64,000 bases of DNA. It comes from Trichosphaerium sp. ATCC 40318 (lineage: Eukaryota > Protista > Tubulinea). Made by a program: the position numbers and the translations under genes. The stretch is from positions 620,001 to 684,000 of the forward strand of contig JALMLS010000612.1 of NCBI GenBank assembly GCA_038496445.1. Direction: 5' to 3'. Under the pieces are notes generated by a model, which was given only the letters and a program-made list of their open reading frames with translations, ran no database searches and was not told where the DNA came from. This document shows positions 13,419-24,376 of this stretch, one piece after another (positions within the stretch are counted from its first letter, which is position 1; every line of letters begins with the position of its first letter).

Positions 13419-15041
13419 ATGGAGGTATCAAACCAAGAGCCTCTTATCGTTCCAATTGTGGATGGTAAAAGTGGTTGGCTTGTAAAGCGTGGCTTATTTC
13501 GTATTTGGCGTAAAAAGTACTTTGTTCTAAAGCCTCAACAACAACTACTATTTTACCGTAAAAAAGGAGTGCGTTACATCGAATTCATGAATTATCTTAC
13601 AATTTCAGGACGAGAACCCTCAAGGAGTAATTCCACTGCGTTGTTGCGCAGCTGTAGTAGCGTCTGCGCATGTAAAACGACAACATGCCTTTAAAATATG
13701 CCACCCTGAAAAAAAGCCTGTGTACCTACAGGCAAAGGACGACGAAGAGTTACAGAGCTGGTTGGGGTATAAGACATTTGACACTTTGAACCTTCAAAAA
13801 ATCAAACTCAAAAACCAAGTTTATTGTTTTTTTCTTCTTGTTTTCCACTGTCTTTATTTTATTTATTTTTATTGTCTTCTTATGGTTATTTAAGGGCGAT
13901 TATAGATAATATGGAAAACGGAAATGATAGTCAAAAACGTGATTTATTAAAAAGTGTTGTTGTTACTCGTCCGTTTGTTGATGTTGGCGATAAAGCCACT
14001 AGCTCTTTGCATGCTGATTGGGTAGACTTATCAAAACCCGGAGTGGAAGATGCTGTGTTGAAGCCTAGACAGCCAAAATCGGTTCGTAACACGTGTTTGG
14101 TGCCATACATTCTTATTTTGTTAGATGAGTGCTCCTTCCAGTAAACCAAAACCTTCTCACAATAAAAGTGATGTGGCAAAACCATTTTCAGGTCGTCGTG
14201 TTATGGACTTATACAGGCGCTATGAAGGTATGTGCAGTACTTGAGATACCTGTTTGACGGGTTCTATAGATGATGACGAAGAATGGATTGGCCCTGATGG
14301 CATAATGAGGATGTGTACAGACGTAGAAGTAGATCCTGAGGATGTGCGGGTTTTTTTCTCAACCTTTTTTGGTTGTGGTTTTATTTTGATTTTTTTGCTA
14401 GGTATCTTTGCTGGTCTTAGCGTTTGATATTCAAGCGACTGAGATGGGTTACTTTAGTGAAGAAGAGTTTGTTAGTGGTCTTACAAAGCTAAAGTCCGTC
14501 TCAAATACTCTCACTTTCTTTCAGTCACAATAAAATAGGTTGGACAACTTGGCAAAACTTAAACAATATCTCAACAATGTTCGCGTAAATTACGCCAAGA
14601 GCCCACCAAAGAATTTAAATGAACTGTACAATTACGCATTTCAATTTGCCAAAGAAGAAGATAAGCGCGCTCTAGGTATGTTCAATACACGTGTCAAAAA
14701 ACATTTCGCAGACCTAACTGTTCTCCGCTAATTTTTTTATTTTATTGTAGATATACAGACAGCTGTTGGATTGATACAACTGCTACTTGTGCCTCACTTT
14801 AATCACGCAGAGAATATTTGCAAATTTCTCTCAGGAAATGCGCCATATCACGCAGTAAACAAAGATCAGTGGATTCATATTTTAGACTTCTGTAGAACTA
14901 TAAAACAAAATTACTCAAACTATGACGTTGAAGGTGCTTGTACGTTATTTATTATCCTTCCATCTTGAGATACTTATTTTAACATAAAAAGGGCCCGTAA
15001 TGCTGGATGATTTCGTAGACTGGGCGAAAGATAGAACCTAG
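13419..15041 (+). CDS. PH domain fused to DCN1 (PONY/cullin-binding) NEDD8 E3 domain
   Basis: PH: KSGWLVKRG..WRKKYFVL..LLFY..PQGVIPL..HAFKI..YLQAKDDEELQSWL. DCN1: IGPDGIMRMCTDVEVDPED, ATEMGYFSEEEF, LYNYAFQFAKE, VNKDQW, NYDVEGAWPVMLDDFVDW. Joined in frame via intron 14082-14124. Confidence 0.8.
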
Positions 15042-15577
15042 AGTATAGCTCTCACTTGTTAACTGCTTGGCTTCTGCAATCTTTGGATCGTTCCAAAGGT
15101 AATATTGAAGACAACAACAATTTGATTCTTTTTTGTAAATAAAATCACAAACCTTTTTTATTTTTTTTTTTTTGTTACATGAGGTTGCAAAACCGAAGCA
15201 TTGTATTCGCGAGCTTCGCGAGATTTAATAGACCACCATCTACGAATAGAAATACTTGTGAACTGTTAGGAACGCGCTAGTAAGTATTTTTTTAACATAC
15301 AACCACGTGATTTGTAATACTCTAGGCAAGTACATCACTGTCTCGGAAGATCACTGTGATTCAGAGCGAGTATAATTTTCTGTACCAACATTTTGCTACT
15401 TTCTTTCTCAAACTATCGGGTGGTATTCTACCGCTACCCTTATAAGAATACTTGCCAGAATCAGGTTGACTGGTCGTCATCACACATCAACATCAGATAA
15501 CACATCCCGTGGTGTTTTAGGCCAAACTACCTACAAAATATTTATACAGCAAAAATAAAACATAGACGCAATCTATC

Positions 15578-17809
15578 ATGGCCCAAACCATGTTTTGCAT
15601 CTTATTATTAGTATGTTGCGTATTACAATACTCATGTGCGCACGTGGGCTCAAATACAGCAAGTATGGGACAATTTTCAAAAGAACCGCAAGTTACAAAG
15701 AGAGATGTCGTTACTGGTCTTCAAATTTATAGTCAAGACGATCTAGAACCCTCGTGGGTGGACTGGGGAGACGTTAGGTCGCTGTAGTTGTATTTTTATT
15801 TACCCGATTTGCTAGGCTCCAAGGGACTTTGGGTCACGTAGTCTAATCCCAGTTGTTGGAGAAAGCCTGCTAGAGTTTGATTCAGAATCAGGTTTGGGAA
15901 GTAAGTATTTTTAAAGTTCAGAAAATGCACCTGGCACTTATCTCTTGTTATAGTAATACACATACAAAGAGATTCTGATGTTTTAGACTCGGCTTGCTTG
16001 GAGAATATTGAGTTTTATGTTAGGGCGTGTATGTACTTTTTTTTGGCTTAATTTCTGTTGCGTTGACGTTTTTGTTAAGCTGTCGCTGGCGTTAGTATCG
16101 TAATAAGACTTGGCAACGTATATAACGTCATGTGTTTGTTTTATTTATTTTATATCGTAGGGCAATGTTCCAATAGATTCTATTACTGTTCCTCCAGACT
16201 ACTTTGTGGTAGGTTGACACGTTTTCTATTTCTACTATCTTTTCAACTAGCGTAACTTTTCCCTTTAGAGTAGCAACGGTATTCAGGACGATACATGGTC
16301 ATTGGTATCTGTTCCTGTAGATGCTATTATTGTAAACCAAACGTTTAATCGTATAAGTTTCCAGGTAACCCTAGATCTAGAAGTTGTTGTTTCAAATCAC
16401 GTGATTTGAATATTTTATTTTACTTTTTTACGAAATGGTTTTTGACATTTTGTAGGGTGATGGCACTGGCGGAGGTAAAAAAAAAATAAGTATCACTACC
16501 AATTCGCTAACAATGTGGGTGTAATTAGTGCGATACTATCTTGATGATATTAAATTCACTACTGAGCCAAGAGTACCTATAGCTCCTTTCACGCCACCGC
16601 CTACTACACTAGCACCTGTCGTTGCCCCGGTCGCTCCTACACAAACTTTGGCACAGTACGGTTTATTTCTTCATTGGTTTAGCCTCCTGTACTAAGTATA
16701 ATACTCAGATTTGTGGACTGTTTATCAATATCTGCTACAGATTATAAACTTGAAGTTAACTTGGAACAAGAAGTTGACCAAGTATGATAATTTTTACCTG
16801 GTTATTGTTCTTAACAGACTTTTTTTAGCCTACGCTCATGGAACTTGAAGGAGTTTTCGAGTACTTACAATTACACTCACTTTTATTCTTACGCGAATAG
16901 AAATCATTTCCGTGTTCCAGCAGAATGCTTAGATATTTCTGCTCAGCCAGGCCGTCCATTTATCTTCACCGTATCAGTAAACACAAGAGGTACTTACCAT
17001 TCTTTCATACCTTGTATTAACACACGTGAAATAGACTCAACCTCGTTTGGTGACGAACTTTGCGATCGCTTATTTTTTAACGAAACACTTACTGTACGCT
17101 CTATTGATTCCGAAGTATCATAATTGCTCATCTTGTGATTTAAATAGAATGATGCAACTGCTGTCATCCGTAACAATTTCATAGTTGATAAATGTGATGG
17201 TGTCCCTCGAATTCCGGGTACTGTTTTGTTTTTTGTTTCTTTTCACGTGATTTCATGATTGATTTAAAAATAGGAGCTGATATTGTGGTAATTCTTATTA
17301 TTGGTGTTGGGATTGGTGTTCTTTTTATTGCTTTACTAATACGTAAGGCCTAAAAGATCTAGCACGTGATAATATTTAATCTAATAATTTAGTTATTGGA
17401 GCATTTGTACAAGTAATACGATGGAGAAACAAGAGCGAAGCATTGGTGTACGTACAATATAACTTGTCAAAAAAAAAAAAGACTTTCTAGCAAACTTTCC
17501 TCGAGCAGGCCTCTAATACTTATTTTTAGCGTCACAAAGAATCCTGCGTACGAAATATACAAGATGTACCAAGACGATGCATCAGGAAACAAACGTGCTA
17601 CTATGAGCCAATTTGCAGAATTTGATGTACCTGATGAAGATTCATACCACGAGATTACGTACAGAGACAATGCTTCTCCTTTGGCACCACAAACTCCAAA
17701 CATGGGAAAATTCGATACAATGGATCGTAATCAACGTATTGAGATGAATCGTCAATTACCTGCTGCTCCTGTGACAGATCGTCCATTACCAGCTTTTGAT
17801 GAGTATTAA
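15578..17809 (+). CDS. Type I membrane protein with signal peptide, CBM-like beta-sandwich, P/T linker, TM and NPxY-containing tail
   Basis: Signal peptide MAQTMFCILLLVCCVLQYSCA. CBM-like IYSQDDLEPSWVDWG...WSLVSVPV...FNRISFQ...YYLDDIKF. TM IVVILIIGVGIGVLFIALLI. Tail KNPAYEIY...RPLPAFDEY*. Confidence 0.7.
16391..16410. promoter_or_regulatory. Perfect 20-bp palindrome TTCAAATCACGTGATTTGAA centred on an E-box, intronic
   Basis: Directly visible. Any regulatory role is inferred. Confidence 0.5.
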
Positions 17810-18148
17810 TAGATTTTTGGGTTTGTAAAATAAAGAAAAAAAAAGAACGTGATAGCCACGTTTTCCCTAGTTGATTACGGTGTACGTTAAAAAGAGCAGT
17901 AAAAATAGAAAAAACACTTGCTCAGAGCTTTCATTGTAATGACATAACGTGCGGTACTTGGTACAGATTTTAAGATAAGTTTACTTCTTGTTGTCAACTC
18001 ACTCAGCTACCTCCGAGGTTTAAAGCGTCGTAAACAAAAGTGTCTTAATAAGGGCAGGATGTGTGGAAATGTTCTCTGAATACAAACGCCTGTCAACCGA
18101 AGTAGTGGATCACACGGACTTACACCATTATCAACGGCGATAAACAGA

Positions 18149-19183
18149 ATGGCAACTATTACTCTATCAGACAAGATTGGACCTGTTTATATGCAAAACA
18201 AGCTTACTAGCTTATATCTTGATGTGAGAGATAACAACAAGGGTGTTGGTACGCCTTTGATGCAGAATTCGCATAAAAAAGGATCCGGCAGCCAGATGTA
18301 CACTTTAGATAAGGTAAAGGAAGTTAACGGCAAGCCAGTGTATAAAATTGTAGTGAAGTTTTCGGGCATGGTGCGTAATTCGCTATTGTATTGGCATTAA
18401 TACTTAAAGGCTCTTGATGTTAATGGAGGGAGCAAAGGCAGTGGTCAAGTTATTCAAACTGATTATTCTGGAGGTGACAATCAGTTGTACCACGTAGAGG
18501 AAAGAGGAGACAATTGTATGTACTACTGGTTCTAACTTTTTTATGACCTCATTTCTTCATTTAGATTTCAGTGTTGTCAATGTTGGGTCTGGAATGGCGC
18601 TAGAGGTTCTGAAAGGTAGTAGTAAACCTGAAGCTACTGTTGTTCAGTGGGCTCGCGATGATTCCAGCACAAACCAAATGTGGCGTTTTGAGGACACTTC
18701 AGCCGCTGGCCCTGTACCAGTCACCCCTACAACGGAACCACTATCTGGTAAATCAAAGTGGCGTAGATACAAAATCACGGCTGTAAAGAATGAAGGAGTT
18801 GTCCATGACCATCCACGTATAGAAATTAAGTTTGAGGTAGAAGGTAACGACAAAAAACTTAAAAAGTAGTTCTTGTAAATGGTTCAATAGGTCATGAGGT
18901 TGATAAATCGCGTTCTGACAAGAATAAAAAAGTGTTAGTCATAAATCTCAATACTAATGCAAGGATGGAAGTATACGCTGTGAATCACTGGGCGTGGCCT
19001 GCAGGAAATGGCACTATTCAAGGTATGTATTTACCTTTCGTTTTTGTTAACAATATGCTAACTTGCGAAGGGTTGTATCTTTGGCCTGTAGAAAAACAAA
19101 GTGAATGGACTCCTGCCAAAACTACTGAAGTTCTCAACTTCTTTGCGCCTGGAACTACTGTCGAAGTTGGAGAGCTAGTATGA
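18149..19183 (+). CDS. Ricin B-type (beta-trefoil) lectin domain protein without signal peptide, plus unknown C-terminal domain
   Basis: SLYLDV..G..LMQ...SQMY; SGMALDVNGGS..VIQ..GGDNQLY; SGMALEV..S..ATVVQW...NQMWRF (QxW repeats). Confidence 0.82.
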
Positions 19184-19350
19184 TATACTACGTAGCCCAC
19201 AATGATAAACTGCTCCTGAACAAAAACAATAAAGAAAAACGTTAACTCTTTCATGTATTTAAGTTGTAATCATTTATTATTTGCAATCACTTAATCCTTT
19301 TGGTGCGCCTTAAGATCATAAATTAAATCCCTACACGCCATCACTTCATC

Positions 19351-19701
19351 ATGACTACTCTAATTAAATCGATCGCAAACTTCTCCCAACGCACGTACAG
19401 ACTCTTCTTTGGCAAACCAGAACGACCAGTTGCCGAGAAGACAGTCGCAGTCGACCCAGAGGTTCAAGTACACGATATCCTCTCGAATGGTGGGCTAGAA
19501 GCTGGTGCGAACTACATACTGCAACTTCTAGATGAAATGGAAGTCAAACCGCAGAGAAAGGTTAAAACCAGTACTACACTAAAGGTTACTTTTAACCCAG
19601 AGGTGCAAGTACACGAAATCTTCTCAAACGGTGGCCTGGAAGCAGGTGCAGATTGTTTACTGCAACTCGTCGATGCATTCGAACGTAAGGGTATGTTTTG
19701 A
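19351..19701 (+). CDS. Small intronless protein with duplicated ~28-aa motif and RVxF-type PP1-docking motif
   Basis: DPEVQVHDILSNGGLEAGANYILQL and NPEVQVHEIFSNGGLEAGADCLLQL. The second copy is preceded by KVTF. Confidence 0.6.
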   Translation: MTTLIKSIANFSQRTYRLFFGKPERPVAEKTVAVDPEVQVHDILSNGGLEAGANYILQLLDEMEVKPQRKVKTSTTLKVTFNPEVQVHEIFSNGGLEAGADCLLQLVDAFERKGMF

Positions 19702-20768
19702 AGGCACACTAGAATGCCAAAACGCCTACAACGGCCTACAAAGTAAAACAGAAACAAGAAAAAGTGTAAAAATAGTCAAAACTGTATAAAAGTAAAAAGT
19801 GTATTATCTCATAAGCCTACTCATTGCTCCTTTTCTCTTTACAAGTTAAAAAAATATCTGGTGAATAAACGCGCCAACTTTTTAAAAACTCACCGGGCGT
19901 TTCAAGTCTGAAAAATACGCAGTAGTTTTAAGTATTTTTTTTTTGTAGTAAGAAATGTAAACGCTATCAAGCCTAATAGCCTTGCGTTGTCTAGAGTTTG
20001 GTGAGTGTAACATACGTACACACTAGTTTAGAACTTCATGACCTTTGTTGGTGTGGAAACAACACTAAAACGGTTTATAATGGCTCAAACAGACACTAGT
20101 TTCCATGAGCGAAGCAATTTTAGCGTTTTGGTGAAAGAAAGCCGTTAACGGTACGATCATTTTTGGTGCAACCAAAACAACGCTGGAAGGTCTAAACACG
20201 CACCTAACGTTTTCTACTAGTACCTAGTGTAAAAATGCAAGTGTTGGAAAGCGATATAGGCTTAAAAAAGACGTCATCGGTTCGATCACGTTTTTTTCAT
20301 TACCAAAACGACCAAAAAGGGTCAAACCGTCACAACCGCTTTAACACTTCATGCGTAAATTATAGGTAGTGTTTGAGTGACGAGTACTCGAAATCCACGC
20401 GTAATCGCTCAATGCTTGAAAAGTTCGGAGCAGAGAATAGCAATAAATGTTGTCGGTTTGTATTGAGTTCTATACGTAAAAAAGCCAGTTTCGGTGTCAG
20501 TTGCACGCCCAAAAGTAACTATAGACTCGGCTACCTGCGAAAGTCAAGCGTACTAAGGCTAATTATGTACTAGTTCATCTATTGAGCAAACAATGCCATT
20601 TCCTTCTTAGTATTTTTACCATTCATTCTGGAAGTCTAAAGTTGTTTGCATGTTGGTTTAATATTGTGGTACGCAAAGGCAGTACATGTAAGCACTTGTT
20701 GGGTATTGCAGTTGGCTTATCTTTCTGCAGTGAAAAGTGTTAAGTATACAAAACGTGGTTGCAGCATC

Positions 20769-22016
20769 ATGGAGCCTACCAATGAGTTTGATCCTGAAAC
20801 ATGCTTTAGTGACAAAGTTGTGGGCAAGAGAAAAAGGTGAGCTCAAAATACGACATTTAGTAAACGCTAAACGAATAATAGTGTAAAATGCGTAAATAAT
20901 TCTGAATGGTACGCCATGGCGTATATGGTGTGGACACCAACAAATTACAGCGAGACTGGTAAGAAATAAACGAATTGTGCAAAGAAAACTTCTAAACATC
21001 GTTATTTCGTTAGACCATGGCGTGCCTATAATTATGGTACATGGATTGACGCTAAATGGTCGCTTGTTCGACATTGGCGCAAAGTTTTTGGCTGTCAAAC
21101 TTGGCGTTAAAGTTTATTGCCCAGATATGGTTGGTAGAGGTCACTCTTCGTGGTTAACAGATAAAAGTGGTACAACATTTTTTTTTCTTTGTCTTGAGTG
21201 TTTGTTTTTTTTGGTTGTTAAATGGCGCTTTTGTTAGGTTATAACTTTGCTCAGTACGTCAAGGATATAAACACTCTTCTTGCTGCAGAGCATGTAGAGC
21301 AGGTTGATTGGATTGGTACATCAATGGGCGGGCTTATTGGTTAGTGAGCTCTTTCATGTCATTAGTGGTTAATTTATGTTGTTTTTTTCATTTACTTTTT
21401 GTTTTATATAGGTATGCATGCAACTGCTTTGAAGGGTCACCCAGTACGGAGATTTGTTATAAATGATGTGGGACCGTTTGTGTCACACAAATTTAATGAG
21501 TATTTGTTGACATACGTACCAGGAGGTACAGTAATATTAACACAAAAATATTGCTCAGGCTTATTATTTAGATCCCCGTTTCGAATCTTTACAAGAACTT
21601 GGTGAAGTGTTAGCAAAACGTTATGCGTTTTGGGGAGCCAAAACAGACGCTCAGATACGTCACTTAGCAAAGCATTATGCAAGTAAATCAAAGGGCAAGG
21701 TAGGAAGAAAGAAAGACCAAAACAATTAACTTACAGGCTTTAGGATGGTTTGTATGCCCAGCACTATGATCCTTTTGTGTACTCTGCTTCTACAAGAGGA
21801 TCACTTGATTATTGGGATCTTTGGGAAGAAGTTTCATGTCAAGCAATAATGGTAATACGAGGTCAACTCAGCACTCTGTTAACGAAGAATATTCTGACCA
21901 AGATGCAAACCTGTGGACCAACAATTAATTCTATTTTGAGATGTCCTAAGATTGGCCATGCGCCACCACTCACAAAAATAGACCAATTAACTCCCATAGT
22001 AGAATTCCTTCAATAA
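20769..22016 (+). CDS. Alpha/beta hydrolase (bacterial-like)
   Basis: MVHGLTLNGRLFD, CPDMVGRGHSSWL, VDWIGTSMGGLIGM (nucleophile elbow), RRFVINDVGP, VIRGQLSTLL, IGHAP. Confidence 0.88.
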
Positions 22017-22116
22017 AACTTCTACATGCTTTTTTTTCAAAAGTGGTTATAAGAGAACACTTCACCAAACATTGTTTTGTCGTTACGAATTTCAAAACAA
22101 AAAGTAGAAAAGAAGT

Positions 22117-24267
22117 TTATTGCATGTTCGCTTGTGAGTTGGTTTGTTCTAACTCTTGTTCTAGCATGAGCTTTTTTTTAGCTTCTAAAAAGGCATTGAG
22201 ATCATCGTTTTCATTGAGTTCACGGTTGAGATCATTGTGATGTCCGTTAATCGCTTCAACAAGGCTAGCCTGCTGAGCAATATTTCTGCTATCTGCGTCA
22301 GCTATAAGGTCCATGCGTGGCAGCTGGAATCTTGAAAAGTGATTTTCAATGACTTTCGAGTTGTCAACTTTCATACCAAGAAGGCATGCTTTATCCTAAA
22401 AGACTGTGAGTAAAACAATGACATTGACTGTCGCAGAGTAAAAAACCAAAATCCAAAACTAAACACGTGTTGTTAATGATACCCTTAGTTGCTTTCTTTC
22501 TTGAATCTTAGTCACGAGCTCAACCTTGATACCACTTAGCTCTTGTTTCTTCTTATCCAGCTTTTGGCCTAATTTATCCAAGGATGAATCCATTTTCTTT
22601 ATATTTTCCTCCGCTTGTGATCTTTGAATTTTAAGTTGTTGAATTACTGCTTCAAGGTTCTGTCCTTTTTGATTCAAAATGGATATCTTACGCTTGTACT
22701 CTGCAACCTTATTCTTGATACTTCCTGCTTGTCTCTTTTTACTCTCGAGTTGACGCTTGGTAGACTCCAGTTTGTTAAGAGTATCTTGGTGTCTTGCTGC
22801 TAGTTCCGCTTTTTGACTTTTGTTTTCAGCTAGGTCTTCTTTCAGTTCTACAAGTTCGTTTTCGCTGTTGTACAACTGGTCATCTACACTTTCAAGCGTG
22901 CTCGTATGCTACATATGAGGCGTGAGTATAATATTTATACTTAGAAGTATTTATTATGATGGTACCGTCGAGAGCTTGCCTTCCAAGCCATTAACAAGCA
23001 TGGTTTGGTTTCTAATCTGACCAGAAACAATATCTCGTTCGGCTTGCCTAGAAACTAGGACGCGCTCTCTGAACATCTTAAAGATGTTGAAAGTGAATCT
23101 AGTGACATAGTAATCTTTTATTGAAGCAAGCTTTTTCTCAAGGCTGGCAATGAGCTAAAAGAAAATAAGAAGATTTTTGATTTTGGAAAAAAAAGAGTAA
23201 AACACGAAATAAGTACCCTACGAGTTTGGGCTATCTTGTTAAGTAGATCTTTTATTTCTTGCTCTAATCTAGCTTTTTTTGCTTTAAATCTTGCAATATT
23301 CTTAAGTTTTGTGTTACAAGCACGTTCAAGTCTACACGAAAGAGTTAATGTCAAATCAGTTGCTTCCTTTTATTCTCTTTTAGAAAAAGCTTACCTGTTA
23401 ATAGCTCTATCAATAGAACGCTGTTGCTCCTCAATACTCTTTAACTCAAGCTCTAGATTAGCTATCTCTGTGCTGAGCTGAGAAATAGCCTCTTGGAGTT
23501 CAGCGAGCTGGATACCAAAAGTCAGAATTTTTTCAGATAGCTTTAGATTTGACAACTTACCACGTTTGTTGCTTCTTGTAGTTCGACTGTTGTCTGAGCT
23601 AATTGTTGCTCAACATTTGATTGTTTCTGTAGTTGATCCTTAGTAGCTGTTTGCAAGTTTGTAAGTTCCTGATTAAGTTTATTGAGCTTGTCTTGGAGTA
23701 TCTGTCTCTCCGTCTCTAACTTTTCCTTTTGATCAGTGAGCTCTTTAACCTTTTGCTTTGCGGCTTCCTCTGCTTGCTTTAGCGACGTTATTTTATTCTC
23801 TAAATCTTGGAGTGCCCTCTCAAGTTGTTGTAGTTCCTTCTCATTCTTTGTTCTATCTTGTAGAGGGTTAGATTGCGTTAACCGTTTTGAGGAGTAAAAA
23901 ATGTTAGTCCCACCTTTTTGTCGCTGTTGATGCTGTGCTTGTGCTTGCTCCTTCTCCTTTCTTCTCAAAAGGGCTTCTCGTTGTAGTGTTTCCTTCCACG
24001 TTTTTAACAACAAGTTGAATGTTGTAAGTCGGCAAATACCTGATGGGCCGCTGCTTCTACTGTACGTTTTTGTGTCCGTGCTTTTTGTTTGTCAATATCT
24101 TTAGAACCTGCTTTATTGCGTGAAATGGCGTCTGTTAATTCACCAGTGGCAACTCGAAATGCTCCAGCCGCCTACAAATTACTTTAAAAAGTTTCAGCTT
24201 TTACATTAAAACAACGTACTAGTGCTTGCCCTGCACGAGTTGCCAATAGCTGTGATGCGAAGGCCAT
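22117..24267 (-). CDS. Long coiled-coil protein of unknown function
   Basis: Several E/K/Q/L-rich heptad exons joined by GT-AG introns. Starts MAFASQLLATRAGQAL. Confidence 0.7.
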
Positions 24268-24376
24268 CTTGTTTATTACTATTAGCGTCAGAAAACAGAC
24301 TTAGCTTTTAGTTCCTGTCAAAGGAACTGAACTAGCGCTTAACTCTCTGTGAAGAGCATTCGCAAGTAGCACGTTT

